A stretch of 64,000 nt of DNA from Octopus vulgaris (Eukaryota), in NCBI GenBank assembly GCA_951406725.2, contig OX597830.1:3286001-3350000 (forward strand), written 5' to 3'. Position numbers and translations under genes: made by a program. The notes below the pieces were generated by a model. The model was not told the DNA's origin. It was given only the letters and a program-made list of their open reading frames with translations, and ran no database searches. Shown here piece after piece: positions 27,446 through 43,808 of the stretch. Each line of letters begins with the position of its first letter. Within the stretch, counting starts at the first letter, position 1.

Positions 27446-28910
27446 TATTATAGTTTTGTTGCTTTTTAATATATTTTTTTATTGATTTATTTGTTATCCC
27501 CACTAATACGAATATATTTAGAATAGATATTTCAACAATGTCTAAGCAAAATAAAACAAACCAGGCTCCTTAATGCAATATTGATGGTAGCTTGGCTAAT
27601 GCAATGCCTCTATAACTGAAGGCTTGTAATCGGTTCGAATATTTAATCTACTCAAGATTAAATATTTCTTACAAAAGTGAGACAAATATTAAGACGGAAA
27701 TAATCTTGTATAGTTTAGAAAAATATTTACTAAAAATAAAGTTTAAAAAATGGTAAAGATTGGTCAGATACAGAGAGAATTACCAAATTGTTTATTTGAG
27801 AACAAAAATACTTATTTGTAATTGAATAAATTGAATTGTGTGAAAGGGTGGAAGAAAGAAATTGGAAAAAAAAATCATTCAAACACTTTATTGAAATTCT
27901 TCTGTTGAGTTAAGCTTTTTAGATTGAAATTTTCTGATGATTTGGTTTTTGTTGATATGAGTGAAAGATGTTGCTGTTAAACCTAACTAAATCTCACTTG
28001 ATGTGCTAACACACAGGAATATATTAATCTTCTGACTCCTTTCCAAAATTGTCTGCTCTCTTCATGTAGAATTTTGTTCTGTATATATTGCTGTGAAGTT
28101 AGATTATCAGGTGATCAGTTTGTATATATTTTCTTTCTAATGTATTCCATAATACTTTTCTTCAGCAAGTTCCTCTTCTTTCTTTTTGAAGAAGGACAAA
28201 TATCTGAAATGACCGCTTACACTTTTCAAGAATTCCTCCCAAGTGTTAAACCAATTCTATACTCAATGCACTTTGTGCTTTCTGTGTTGTCTTTGCAATG
28301 GTTTTACATTTAAAATCCTCTCTTTCTCTGACTTCCCTACATATATGTGTGTGTGTGTTTGAGAGAGATAGTATGTGTGTGTGTGCATGTGTGCATATAT
28401 ACACACACATACACACATACATATATATTAGTTATCAGTGATAGAAGCAGTATTAGTAGTAAAAGGCAATCTTTATATCCAACTCAACATAGATGCCTTG
28501 TTAGACTCTGAATACAGCATTATTAGACTTGGGAGATCCTCTCACACAGGTAAAGAGACATAAAAGCTGAGACATAAGTTTTAGCAGATGAGAATCGTTT
28601 GTTATACGTGCCAGAACTCCCATATCCTGTGATTTCATTCTACTGGTAATCGTCAGTGGGAGGCATCCAGTGACAACACTCCAAACAAATCTTACTGCAA
28701 TGTTATACAGAATATCTTTTCAGACACTGATGTTGCAAAGGGCCAACAAGGTTATTAGGAAGTAATTATTAGTAGCAGAAGCAGTACCTAAAAGCAATCT
28801 TTACATCCAACTTAGCAGGGATAGCTTGTTAGAATGCTGAATACTTTGTCTTTAGCCTTGAGAAGTTCATAAAAGCACAGACACAAGTCACGCATATATA
28901 TATATATTAT

Positions 28911-29280
28911 CAATAATAATAAAGGCGAAAATTAATCAATCAATTAATAATTAATAATTTTACCAAGTAGTTCGGTATGTTAATTATTAGTGCTCTCAAA
29001 TTTAAAATTGAAATACTATACTGATGATGGGAGTAAATGAGTAGAAATATGATTTTACATGTTTTTACATCTCTTTCACCCAGAAACGTGTATATAGTTA
29101 ATCAAATCCAGATGAATTCGTTATTTTTTACTCTTTACCTGCGTGAGCTGGGAGTATTGCTGTCTGGGAGATATCTTATGGTAGTAGAATAGTATTTAAC
29201 TGCTATTTCTAAATTTTGGTTTGCAGTGAAGCAATTTTTGCTGAAACCTAATTATAATTATACTTATAGAATTTTTATAT
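28911..29280 (+). mobile_element. ~370-bp non-coding hammerhead-bearing element (Penelope pLTR- or retrozyme-like), copy 1
   Basis: Shares TACCAAGTAG, TTCGTTATTTTT, TGTCTGGGAGA, CTGCT.TTTCTAAA and CCTAATTATA blocks with 51295-51665; flanked by (TA)n. Confidence 0.75.
29015..29098 (+). ncRNA. Type I hammerhead ribozyme
   Basis: Stem I ACTATA/TATAGT; core CTGATGA (29021-27); stem II TGGG..CCCA with inner GTAGAAATATG/CATGTTTTTAC; GAAAC-GT-GTA. Predicted cleavage after 29092. Confidence 0.8.
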
Positions 29281-29468
29281 ATATATTTATATCGATAACT
29301 TAGATTGGTTTCAGCCATTATCAGCCCAGGCCATGACTAACTCAATGGCACCACTTGGAAGAGTCTTTTAGTTATATGTGTGTGTGCCTGTGTGTATACT
29401 TATATGTGTATGCATATATGTATGTTTGTATGTAAACATATACATACATATACATATATATTGATAAA

Positions 29469-29501
<33 letters not shown>

Positions 29502-29526
29502 TTATATATTGATAGATGTATATATA

Positions 29527-29562
<36 letters not shown>

Positions 29563-29564
29563 TG

Positions 29565-31301
<1,737 letters not shown>

Positions 31302-34300
31302 TATATGTGTATACATATATGCTTCCTGCTTTCTATATTTGGTGCTGATACATTTACTTTCTGGTTTTATTATGTCTTTAACAGTCATTTCTTCTTCTTC
31401 TTCTTTTACTTTTCTCTCATTCCCCTCTCCTTCCTTTCCTTCACAATCTCCTACTTCCACTTCTCTTAAATGTCTTTCATTTACTCCCATCCTCTGTCTC
31501 CCTCCCTATACCCCCTTCTCTCTACATTTTTACTCTTACTGCTACCATTATCATTGTTGTTTTTATTGTTGCTGTTGTTGCTGCTGCTGCTTGCTTCTGT
31601 TTCATACAGCTTAATTGTTGCTTCAAAAACATGTCAGAATGAAATCAGTTTCTTGCAAATAGAAATTAAAAAATAAGTAAATAAATTTATTAATTTTTTT
31701 TTTCCTTGTCATTTTGGACTTTTAGTTACATTTTGGTTGTCTTGAAGCAGTCATGACTTGAGCAAAAAGTGTAAAAAATAATGTTTTTCTCTCCTTTAAA
31801 AACATTGTATTTCTGTTATTACATTAATTTTTATTGAAAATAGAAAATAGGAAAAAAAAAAAAAGGAAGAAAAAGAAAATACTTCAGTTGTATCTTAAGA
31901 ACATCAATATTTACTTTCTCCTTACATTGTAAGATTTATGTAGCAACCACAGTCATGTTAAACAAATAGTTCCTACTATGTGTGAGAGTTTTTTTTATTT
32001 AAACATATATTACCAGTGTTCTAGACATTGAAAATATATTCCCTTTTTAACAATTTTTTCTAAAATTGAAAATTAAGATGAAAACTGAATTTTCAACCTT
32101 GCTTTAAATATAATTTTCAACTTTCTCATTTTATAGGTCTTCTTGCAAAAGTTGATTTTTTTTTTGTTAACATGAACCCTAAAGAAAGTAAAAATCATAA
32201 AAGTATGATCAGTGCATACATTTTGTAAAGTCAAAACATAACTAAATTGTAAAAATTTCTTTAAGTTTTTATTTCCTGAATTTTTGAATTGCAAATTCAA
32301 GACTCTTTTCGAAGATGTTCCAGATTACATTACAGTTAAATCTTCGATTCCTGTCCACCACCTGAATCGTTTTGTCACTGAGGAAGCTGTAAATTGATCT
32401 CTCCATCAGTGGTTATTTTCAGGAAAACATCATAAATTTGATATTTCCAGTGCTTAGTAAATAACTTTGAAATATATACAAAGCACACGAATACTAAAAC
32501 ATGATGAGACCATACTTATAAAAACTAAGAAATAATTCTTTTTTACACATAGGACAGTATCGCTAGAATTATGTTCTTTTCATAGAAATTACCAAAGTTT
32601 TTGATGCCTTAAATGATGAAGTACCCGTGGTGGTATTGTAGGATTTCCAAGACTGAGTGGGGCGAAAGCGAAGCAATAGCTTACAACTGAAGGGTTATCT
32701 CCAAATTAAATATTTCATTCATATAAATATATATGCACAAACACACACACGTACGCATGTACACACACACACACACACACACACGTATATACATATGCAT
32801 GTGCATGTGTATGTATGTTTGTATGTAAGTCTCTGCGTATGTCCTTTTTTCTCTTTTTAATTATTGAAATTGTTCCCCTGAAGAAGGGGCTGGTTTCTAA
32901 CAAAGGGACAAAGCTCCATCATTAGAATATAAACAACAAAAATAATGTCACATTTAAACTTGATAAAAATCTTGCATATTTTTACTGTTCCTCTTACAGA
33001 TTTGTAATGTGCAAGTTTAATTGGTTGATTTGCTTTTCTGAAAATGCTAGCTTATCCATATTGTCACTTGGGCATTTACTCATGTCTAACAAACAGTTTG
33101 ATTCAATCTCATATGAAGTAAAATTTCATTGGCAAGTAGAACACATCCATTTTCTCAATAGTTTTTGATGCAGCAAACACATGATGAGGTGAACATGTCC
33201 AATTTACCCATAAAACTTTAAGTAATGTAGTGCTGTCTGCTGTTTAATGAAATTGGTTTTAAAAACAGATGAAACATAACTCTAATTGAATGTGTTGAAT
33301 ACTGTTTTCTTTTGGTTGCCCCTTCTCTCTCATATGTGTGCATGTACGTATGTGTCTTTGTACGTATGTGTGTATGTATGCATGCATGTATGTATGTATG
33401 TGCGTATGTTTGTATGTATATATGCATGAATGTATGCATGTATGTATGTATGCATGCTTAAATGTATGTATGTATGTATGCATGTACGTATGTGTGTGTG
33501 TATGTATGCATGCATGTATGTATGTGCGTATGTTTGTATGTATGCATGCATGAATGCATGTATATATGTATGTATGTATATATACAGCATTGAAGTCACT
33601 GTGAAAGTTTTCTTTTGTAATGAGTGAACCCTTCAGTTCAACGTTAAAATCAATTCTATAACATCACATAAAAAGAAACATTAATCTACACACATGTATA
33701 TACATATACATACATGAACCAGTACAATATCCGACTAATAGTTAAAAGAATGTCATTTAGGAAGGTAAGGTGCCACTTCTATGGTACTTTATTTTAGTTT
33801 CCAATATTGTTTTGTAGACTTGTGCCAAATATAATGTCTTGTCAAAGCTAATCCTGCCTGAACTCCATTACATGAAGAATTGATTCATCGAGGCTTATAC
33901 CTTCACCAGCCCTTTAAGGTACAATCAACACTAACAAGATTCATCTGGCAGACATCATTTATTCATTACTTAAATTAACCTTCATAACTGACTGGCATCT
34001 TGTTTATTCAACTCCATGAAGGATGGACTGTTAAGTTGACCTTAATGGAGATTGAACTCAAAATACAAAATGCTGGGACTAAATCAAATTATTTCCCACA
34101 AAACATCTGTCCATTGCTAAAACAATTCTCCCAACCAACTGTTCTCTTCTTCTTTAATAAGGTGAAAAGAAATCAAATTAGTCAAGTTTAAAACTTGATT
34201 AATATTTCAAATGGAATTATATTTTTATATTTATTTTATTTTTCTCTTTTTCTCTTCTTCAGTTCAGGATTAGATCCATTTGCCTGTGGCAGCAGATCAG

Positions 34301-34605
34301 ACATTGTTGTAGGTGCCAGATACACTTCTCTATCTGGCTGGCAGACTTTAAGCAGATAAAAAAATTTCCATTCAAAAGGAGATTCGTACTCTGTTTATTA
34401 TGAAACAGTGTTATAAAGTAGATTTTGTACAATGTGAGGGTGAGCACAGTGGATTATCTCATTTTCTTAATTCCTTCTCTCTCCCACTCTCTTTCCTTCT
34501 GTCTCTCCATCTCTCTCTCACCTTCTATCTGTCTGTTTGTCTGTCTGTCTCTCTCTCTCTACATACATACATACATACATACATATATGTATATATATAT
34601 ATAGA

Positions 34606-34666
<61 letters not shown>

Positions 34667-35311
34667 GGAGAGAGAGACAGAAAGACAGACATACAGATAT
34701 GCCGGCATGGAAAATGGACATTAAATGAAATGATGAAAATGATGTGTGGCAAAAAGCTTGCTTCCAACCACATGGTTCCATGTTCAGTCCCACTGCTTGG
34801 CACCTTGGCCAAGAGTCTTCTGATTTAGCTTGAATATGACCAAAACCTTGTGACCGGATTCGATCGATGGAAACTGAAAGGATCCCATCATATTTGTGTG
34901 TATGTGTGTCCCCTGTCACTGCTTGACAACCAGTGTTAGTGTGTTTATGTCCCTGTAATTTAGTGGTTCAACAAAAGAAACCAAAAGAATATCTGCCAAG
35001 CATTAAAAAAAATATGTCCTGTGGGTCAATTCATTTGATGAAAAATTCTTCAAGGCCCCAGGATGGCTGCAGTCTAATAACTGAAACAAGTAAAAAACAG
35101 AAGAATGAAAGATACATATATATATATATATATATATAAGAGATAATGGTGACATTGAGACCCAAAGGTGTCAGGTAATGCTGAATAAGTGCTATAGACA
35201 GACCATAGTTAAGTTCCAGATTAGGTAATATTGCGAATAAAGGGTTCAACGTTGGTTCTATGTCAGCAGGTGTATATAAGAATTTTTTGCATAATGAGAT
35301 AAAAAAAAAAC

Positions 35312-35710
35312 AAGGCTTTCTCCATGTCAACAAAAGCCAGGTACAAGGGCTTATCTTTGGCTAGGTATTTCTCCTGCAGCTGTCTTACCATTAATATAGC
35401 ATCAGTAGTACTTTTCCCTGGCACGAACCCAAACTGCATCTCATCTAAGCTAACTCTCTCTCTAATTAGTTGGGCTATAACCCTCTCCGTGACCTTCATT
35501 ACCTGATCCAACGGCTTGATACCTCTGTAATTATTTGTATCTAGGGCGTCACCTTTACCTTTGTAGCTGCACCAGTCATTGGGTATGACTCCTTCATGTA
35601 TCACCTGGTTAACTATACGGGTGACTAGGCTATAGCCGACACTTCCAGATATTTTGAGCATCTCTGCAGTAATTCCTGATGGGCCTGGGGCTTTCCCTGT
35701 TTTCATGCTT
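35312..35710 (-). mobile_element. RTE LINE reverse-transcriptase fragment
   Basis: MKTGKAPGPSGITAEMLK..NYRGIK..QFGFVPGKSTTDAI..LAFVDMEKA. Confidence 0.92.
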
Positions 35711-35714
35711 GTAA

Positions 35715-35749
<35 letters not shown>

Positions 35750-36635
35750 CACATAAATATACATGTGTGTGGGTGTGGGTGCATATTTTTCTTTCTTAAT
35801 GTTATAAAACCAAAAGAGAACTGTTTAATTTCAACAGTTTATTGTATATACATTTCAAATTCTTGTAAATGTATCCATTTTAAACTGTTGTTCATGTGAT
35901 TTAATTCACTCTGACATCTGCACATTGTTCTAACCATGAAATACACAACCCAACAGCTATGCACAGACTATAAATTCTTCCTTGAATTGTAATTCTTCTT
36001 TAAATCCAATAGACTATAAATAAAGATGGTGCACAGCATTGCACTGCCAAAGACTGAGAAGATGAAACGTGGATACAAGTGGGAAAGAATGAATTACTGG
36101 AACTGAACACTTAGTTATTGACTCAAGTTATAACATGGAAAGGGAGACATCTCTCTCTCTTTTTCTCACTCACTCTCTTTCTCTCACTCACTCTCTTTCT
36201 CTCACTCTCTCCCTTTCTTCCTCAACCTCATTCCTTTCTACATTTCTGCTGAAAGTGGTTAAAATATTCTTAGTTTTGTAGCTAAGTTTAATTATATAAT
36301 TTATGTGTGTTTAAAACAAATTCTTCTGATTCATAACCAGGAGTTATAGCAACTGACAGCAAAAAGGAATCTGGTAAAACATGCAGTAAGAGCTGAGGAG
36401 AAAGAAGTGCTTGGGGACCACATAGTCATAACTGAAGTGCCTGGCTGTGATAGAAACACTGTCTCACATTAATCAACTAACCAAGCAATCAACTGATTAA
36501 TTATCTAATCAACTGGTAATAAAAATGAAGTGAAACCTAGCCAGTGCCCCAGTGTGTGTGTATGCTATTATTTGCAGTATGACCCTTCCAAAGCACAATA
36601 ATAAGGTCACTGCTGGGCCAATAAGAAATCCTCTT

Positions 36636-36971
36636 CAGTGGTTCTCAACCAGGATCCATATAAGATTTTGGGGGTCTCCATGCAACAAAATAGTAAACTG
36701 GGCATCCACAATAGTATTTTAAAGGCCCCTAAAAATATTTTGCTTTAGATCTATGTATTGGTTACATATTACAAGAAACAGCTGGGTTTCTTTTCTCTGC
36801 CATTTTACACTGTTCAACCTACACAAGTTAATATGTGAAAACAAAGAAGGAATTTTGAAAAAAGTTTCTATAAAACTAGTTTCTTAAGCATCAAATGACT
36901 TGTGGCAGGGTCCACCAGAATAAAATAGTAATGAAAGGGATCCATAGGCAAAAAGTGGTTGAGAACTGCTG
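36636..36971. mobile_element. hAT (Charlie-like) MITE
   Basis: 15-bp TIRs CAGTGGTTCTCAACC / GGTTGAGAACTGCTG; no clear 8-bp TSD. Confidence 0.75.
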
Positions 36972-39322
36972 TTCTATAAGGACATTTGAACAGCAAAAAT
37001 TTCAATAAATTCAAACCATTGTTTTAAACCAGGATTTATTTATAGTCTATTGGATTTAAAGAAGAATTACAATTCAAGTAAGAATTTATAGTCTGCGCAT
37101 AGCTTTTTGGTTGTGGTTAGAATGCTGATTGATATAGTCCAGGCTACACTATGCTTGAAAAATGCTGTGATATTCTCAACTAGGCCTTTGATCGTTGATC
37201 TTCTTTGAACAGAGCCTGAGTTGGGGGTTAAATAACAACAACAACAATGCCAGCCCCTTGCTATCTCTATGCTGTGTACATGACACATCATAAATTAGTA
37301 ATCCCAAAATACATTAATTTATAAGTTCAGATATTTTAGAATCCAAAATTTTACACAATCCTTTTCTTAATTTTCTCTTTCTAATGTTTTGAGCTGGTTA
37401 TTATTAAAGTTAATCAAAGTCACATAAAACTGACAAAATCCCTTTTCAGATTTTTCCTTTTTCTTCTTACTTTATTAACAAAGTCTGAGGCAGTTATTTT
37501 CTCTTTTACTCCACTCGTCAGATGAAATGTGTTCCAATATTTCCCTTTTGTTTTCAAGAAGATAACCACTTCATTTTATTTAACTTTTTCAAAAAATTAT
37601 GAAAATAAAGTCTGACATCTTCTCTAATATTTTATTGTGTTTGATTTGGTAACCTTACCATTTCCTGGGAGCTTCGATAAATTAAAGCTGATGTGGCTGT
37701 TACACTTGGGTTGTCAAAATAAATTGAAAGAAAATGGAATTTTACTTTAAGAAGTCACCAGATTGAAAAATATGAAAGCAAAGCAATACAACTTGAACAT
37801 ATCACATGACATAAGTTGTAGCCATCAAACAAAGGAGTTGGTTAAATATGTAAAAAAGAGAAAGAAAAATATATTTTTCTAAATTAGTTGAAAGGTTATC
37901 TTCATTGTAAGGAGAAAGGTGTAGCCTAATTTAGATGAAAAAAATATGCAAAGGATTTCAGTATGAAAAATGTAGTTTATAGAAGTGAAAGTTTGATGAC
38001 AGCTAACTGTATTGAATGTTTCATCTAAATTGTAAACCATGCATTAATTAACTTAGAGATATTGATGTAATTAACATACACTAATCTTATAATTTAGTTC
38101 CTGATGGAAGTTTAAAAGAGATATATTCTAAGGAGTAAGTTGTTATCTGTGAAAAGAAAAGAAAAATGTCTTCACTTTGCTAAAATATTTATAGATGCAA
38201 TAGTGAATAAACCGGGACATGTGATGGTCCGTTTCTCCAATGAAAACATTAATACAGTCAATACTTTTGCACAAACTGAAAACCTTAAAATTTACGCATC
38301 TAATTTTATTTCAATGTATAAAATGTAAAATCCAAAGAGACTTGTCCATTCTACTTCATTCATTCACCTTTCCGTTTCAATACAACTGTTTAACCATTCC
38401 TAGTTAATTCACAAAACATTCTCAGCTCTTCCTTCCACTCTCATTTCAACCATTTCTTAACCAACTCCACTCCACTACGCCTCTTAAGCCAACCGTGTCT
38501 TCGCTCTCTGCCTTCAACCTTCACAACGTGTGGCATCATTGTTGAGCTACCACACCTCAAGATCCAACACAAATATCTACACCAAGTCCTTTTCTCCTTC
38601 AACATCATCCTTCTCGAATTCCTTCTTTTCCTGTAGGTGTTCCTTCTTGTTTGTTCCCTCTCAAGCCATACCTGGCTCATAAGGGCCGGTTTCCAGGTTT
38701 CCTTGGCATATAGGTTCCCCATATGGATGGGATGCCGGTCCATCGCAGGTGAGCTGCAAGATGCAGGAGGAAAGAGTGAGAGAAAGTTGTGGTGAAAGAG
38801 TCAGCAGAAGTTCGCCATTACTTTCTGCTGGAGCCGCATGGAGCTTAGGTGTTTCGCTCATAAACAAACATCGCCCGGTCTGAGATTCAAACCCACGATC
38901 CCTCGACCATGAGTCTGCTGTTCTAACCACTAGTTCATGTGCCTCCACCTGTAGGTTTTGACTTACAAAGATTCAAGACAAACATTAATGACATCAAACT
39001 CACCAGTCTAAAAGGGGCAGTGAAAGCTATGGGCTCTGTCCCTTTCTCCAGGCCCAGTATGTGAAATGAAAAACCCTTCCTCTCAGATTCACTGCAATCC
39101 CTTTTTTGTATGTTTCATGTTCATATCTCTTAACATATTCCCTTCTGTTAGACTTCTGGTGCAGGCATGGCTGTGTGAGAAAGAGCTTCCTTCCCAACCA
39201 CATGGTTCTGGGTTCAGTCCCTCTGGATGGCATCTTGGGCAAGTGTCATTTACTATATCCTCAAGCTGACCAAAGCCTTGTGAGTGAGTTTGGTATATAG
39301 AAACTGAAAGAAGCTCATTGTA

Positions 39323-39380
<58 letters not shown>

Positions 39381-41408
39381 GATACATGTAGATATACTTA
39401 CCATTAGGAATGATGTCCAGTTGTAAAAACCATGCCAAATCAGACTGGAACCTGGTGCAGCTCTCTGGCTCACCAGTTCTAGCCAGACCCTCTAATCCAT
39501 GCCAGCATGGAAAGCAGATGTTAAATGATGATGATGATGATTTATGCATAATCCAAATAAGAAGAAAGAGATATACTTTAACACATCTTTAATAATAAGC
39601 TACAATTGTTTCTGTACTAACTCTTCTTTCAAGGCCGTTTCATGCAAAAGTTCCAAAGACAGTTGGTATGAAAGCAATTGTAAATGATCATTAAAGACAT
39701 GTTAAAGTCTTTCTTTGTCTTATTTGAAATATTTTTACACTTCACTAAATTCACACAACGGTTCTGCCATTGCGAAACCTGGATTTTCTACACCTGAAGA
39801 ACTTTGATATTAGAAGGGAGTCTGACAGTGTAGATAGCCTAGAGCACAGGTTAAGTGCTGCATTGGAAATACCCTATCCATCTACCCTCCCAGGACCTTA
39901 TGTAAGTATATATATGTGTGTGGGGGTGTTTTTATCTCCCACTGCAATCTGATAACCGGTGTTGGTGTGTTTACGACCACGATAACTTGGTGGTTCAGCA
40001 AAAGAGACTGATAGAATAAGTATCGTGCTTAAAGAAAGTCAAGTTCTGGCTTTGTTTCATTCAACTAAAAATCCGTTAAGATGGTGCCCCAGCATGGCCA
40101 CAGAGAAACATGCAATGGGTAAATGATTAGAGATAACTTTACTTATCCAGTGAAGGATCAATGTTCAAAGTATCAGGTATTCTTCACTCTGATATCAAAT
40201 GTATTGATATCTACTCAGTCTTTGTAATTTTATTTCATAGTTTCTTTTGGAATATCCTTCTGGAGCAGAACAGTCAAGCATGTGTGTGTGTGAGGAGAGG
40301 ATGGAAATAAATAAGGGAATCTTGTCCAAGTAATCCCTCATTTCAAATGTTCCCCATGAATGAAGGGAAGGGAAACATATCTGAGATCCAAATTGTTTAA
40401 AACTGCAAAAGAGACTGTTGGTGGGGTGGAATATGACTGATGGCAAATATGGTGATAGCTCCACACATGTGATGATGGAAGTGTTAGCAGCAGTGATGGA
40501 GGTGGAAGTGATGGTGGTGGTGGTACTGCTGCTGCTGCTGCTGCTGCCGGCAGAGAGGGTGATAGTGGTGGTGGTGATAATGATGATGCTGATGATGACT
40601 TTAAGAGATATGACGAATCATAGATTTTTATATAAAATTTATTTATCGCATTCTTGACTGAGAAAACTGTTTTTAATGTATTTTAAAATGTCAAGTATTT
40701 CAGATAAAAAAAATATAATTTGGCATTTTTTATACAAATCTAGCATTGACAAGTTTTTTGTCTTTATAATGTGGGATAGATGTGTAAAAATGAAACAACG
40801 GTGGACAGGATTAGAATACCCAGAATGAAAAATAACCCATGGTCATCGATGATAAGATATCTCTTAAAACAAGCTTCAAATATTCAAAGAAAATTGCTGT
40901 TTGTTGGAAATAATTTACAGAAGATAAGTTTACAGAAATGTTTGTGTTGATTATGGCGTCATTGTTTTGTCCAGAAAAATAGAATCTATGGAAATGTCAG
41001 ATGATTATGCATGATTCTTTAGAGAGGAAGAACTGACATATCTGCAAATCTAAGTAGTTATTTCCAGCAAATTGTGATTTTATTCCACTGCAATGGAGGG
41101 AGACATTGATTTAAGGATCAGCAACCAACTTCTCATTTAGATAATGCAACTAAAAGAATTTGCGAAATTACAAAAGCACTGCTGGCATATTCTTCTTGAA
41201 ATGTGGCAGAAATGTAAAAGACACTAGTAATGCAATACAATAGCATGTGAAATATTTGGTTGCGATTAAATTTCTGGCCCTTTCTGCTTGGTGCCATTTC
41301 CTGTGTGTTCCAAAATATATTGCGACAGGAGTTCCTTCTGTTTAACATTTTATCAAGTGAAAAGAAAATATTGTCGTTCTATTGCTGCCATACCATTAGA
41401 AATATGAA

Positions 41409-41800
41409 ATCATCATCATCACTGTTGTCAGAGTTATCATCATCATCATCATTGTCATCCTCACCACCACCAACACCACCAACACCACCATCATCATCAT
41501 CATCACCATCATCATCATCCCATCATCATCAAAACCACCACCACAACCACCATCATCATCATTGTCATCATTATCCCCTCACCAACACCACCACCATCAT
41601 CATCACCGTCTTTGTTGTCCTCATCATCCTCATCACCATAATCATCATCACCATCATTACCATGATCCTTGTCATCGTTGTCATTGTTATCATCCTCACC
41701 AGCAACACCAACACCACCATCTTCCTCATCATCATCATCATCATCATCACCACAATCATCACTACAATCCTCACCATCATCATCATCATCATCATCATCG
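41409..41800. repeat. (CAT)n/(CAC)n trinucleotide low-complexity tract
   Basis: Explains the poly-H/S/I ORFs at 41260-42112. Confidence 0.93.
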
Positions 41801-42042
41801 TTGTCGCATTCTTTTTACAGTCTACTTATCCGTGTTTGCATGAGTGGGGTGGTGTCCACTGAGGCTGATTGTCTACAGCTGAATGCCCTTCCTGTCACCA
41901 AAGCTCACTTATTTCCAAGCAAATTGATATTACCCCAAAGGCCAGAGAGAGTTTCACAGGAAAATGGAAATGAAAGACATCATTTATATGATGATGATGA
42001 TGATGATGACTCTCATCTACAATTATCACATGATATGAAAAC

Positions 42043-42080
<38 letters not shown>

Positions 42081-42379
42081 ACACTTGTACATACATATAT
42101 CAGACCACATAGTATTAGATTACTATGTGGTCTGATAGCCAACTCCATTAGCAAAGCTTTATGTGATAACAACACAATTCTCTGACTCTATATCTTCCAT
42201 TATAAATATATATACATATATGTATATATGCCTCTATATATATATATATATTTCTATGTGTGTATATACATGTGTGTGTGTATTTATATCTATATATATA
42301 TATTTATATTCATGTATATGTGTGTGTATGTATATATATATATATATATATCATACACACAGCCACACACACATGCATG

Positions 42380-42410
<31 letters not shown>

Positions 42411-42599
42411 TTTCTCTTCATTTTTTTCCTTGTCTCCATTTGTTTTCTCATCTCATTTCTTTCTGTAGATGTACGTAGCTCAAAACATGAAAGACTTTTT
42501 CTATTTTCCCTGACCATCAAACTAACACACCCTCTTTGTTGATTCCCTCATCTGCCTCTGGCTTTTGTTTTTTGGGAGTTTTTTGTATCATTTTGAACT

Positions 42600-42640
<41 letters not shown>

Positions 42641-43808
42641 TGCTTCTTTCAGCTTTTGTTTACCATATTCACTGAGAAAGCTTTGATCAGCCTCTGGCTA
42701 TAATATCAAGACTTATGTTCAAGGTGCCACACACAGGGACTGAACCCCAACCAACAGGATTAAGAAACAACTTGTCAACCACACTGTCAAAACAAGAAAT
42801 ATTTAGTTTCATGTTTCAACTCCAAATCTCTCCAACACGAAATTTGCCTTTTATGATTTGAGCACGTCTCTTGGATTTTCTGTTTTCTAAATCGCTCTCA
42901 CAACAGATTTGAACATGCTCGTATACTTCCTAACCAAGTGCTTTTGGGTTCAGTCTCACAGCATGACACCTTGAGCAGGTGTCTCCTATTATAGACTTGG
43001 GCCAAACAAAGATTTGTCAGATTTGGTAAATGAAAACTGAAAGAAGCCCATCGTATATGTATACAACCTGTTATTTGTAAACAAGTGTCACTGTTTTCAA
43101 ACAAGGTCATTTGTCTCTAATCTTCCGTGAATGTCAAACGATGGTAGTTTTGATAATGATGATGATGATGATGATGATGGTGGTGGTGATGGTGGTGGCA
43201 TGAAATGTAACAAGTGGAGAAAGAAAATTCTGAGAAAATGATATCAAAAAAATTTCAAGTACTTGGATTTACTGCTGTCACAATCTGTTACCATGTGGTA
43301 TATCATGTGACATAACTGCACAGTTAAATAGTTTCTATGTTCAAATATGTAATAATTTAAACTCACATTTTAAAATATTTGTCACATTCAACATTGAAAC
43401 GAAAATTTTCAGACACTAGCTGTCAAGAAATAAATTGTTCATTACTCATTGTTGCCAGAATATTCTCTGATAAGGAAAACGCTTTAGAGAAAAAATATAG
43501 AAAGTAGGTTCATTATTTGATTAAAGAATTCAAAGTGGTTTGCATCTTCCAGAGAGTTTCGATTGTCTTAAGTTTGTGAAACCAGAATTTTAGACACCAT
43601 TATATTTTCATGTTGAAGTTTTTCACTTTTACAATTTAATCAAAGAAATGTAAAGAATACATCCTGCATAAGTTCTGCTGAGAAGTTTTAATGAACAAAT
43701 TATGAAAATATCAGGATTGTGTAACTGAACTTTTGAGAACTTGTTAGAGAGAAAAAGCAGGAAACTTTTTAAAGTTCTTTATTATTGACCAGAATCAGTC
43801 AATATTGA

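Noticed and set aside
39770-39952. 60-aa ORF with an internal GTAAGT donor
   Set aside because: In-frame stop at 39746, no strong acceptor and no recognisable homology.
41260-42112. His/Ser/Ile-rich ORFs resembling membrane or metal-binding proteins
   Set aside because: Translations of a (CAT)n tract, open in several frames.
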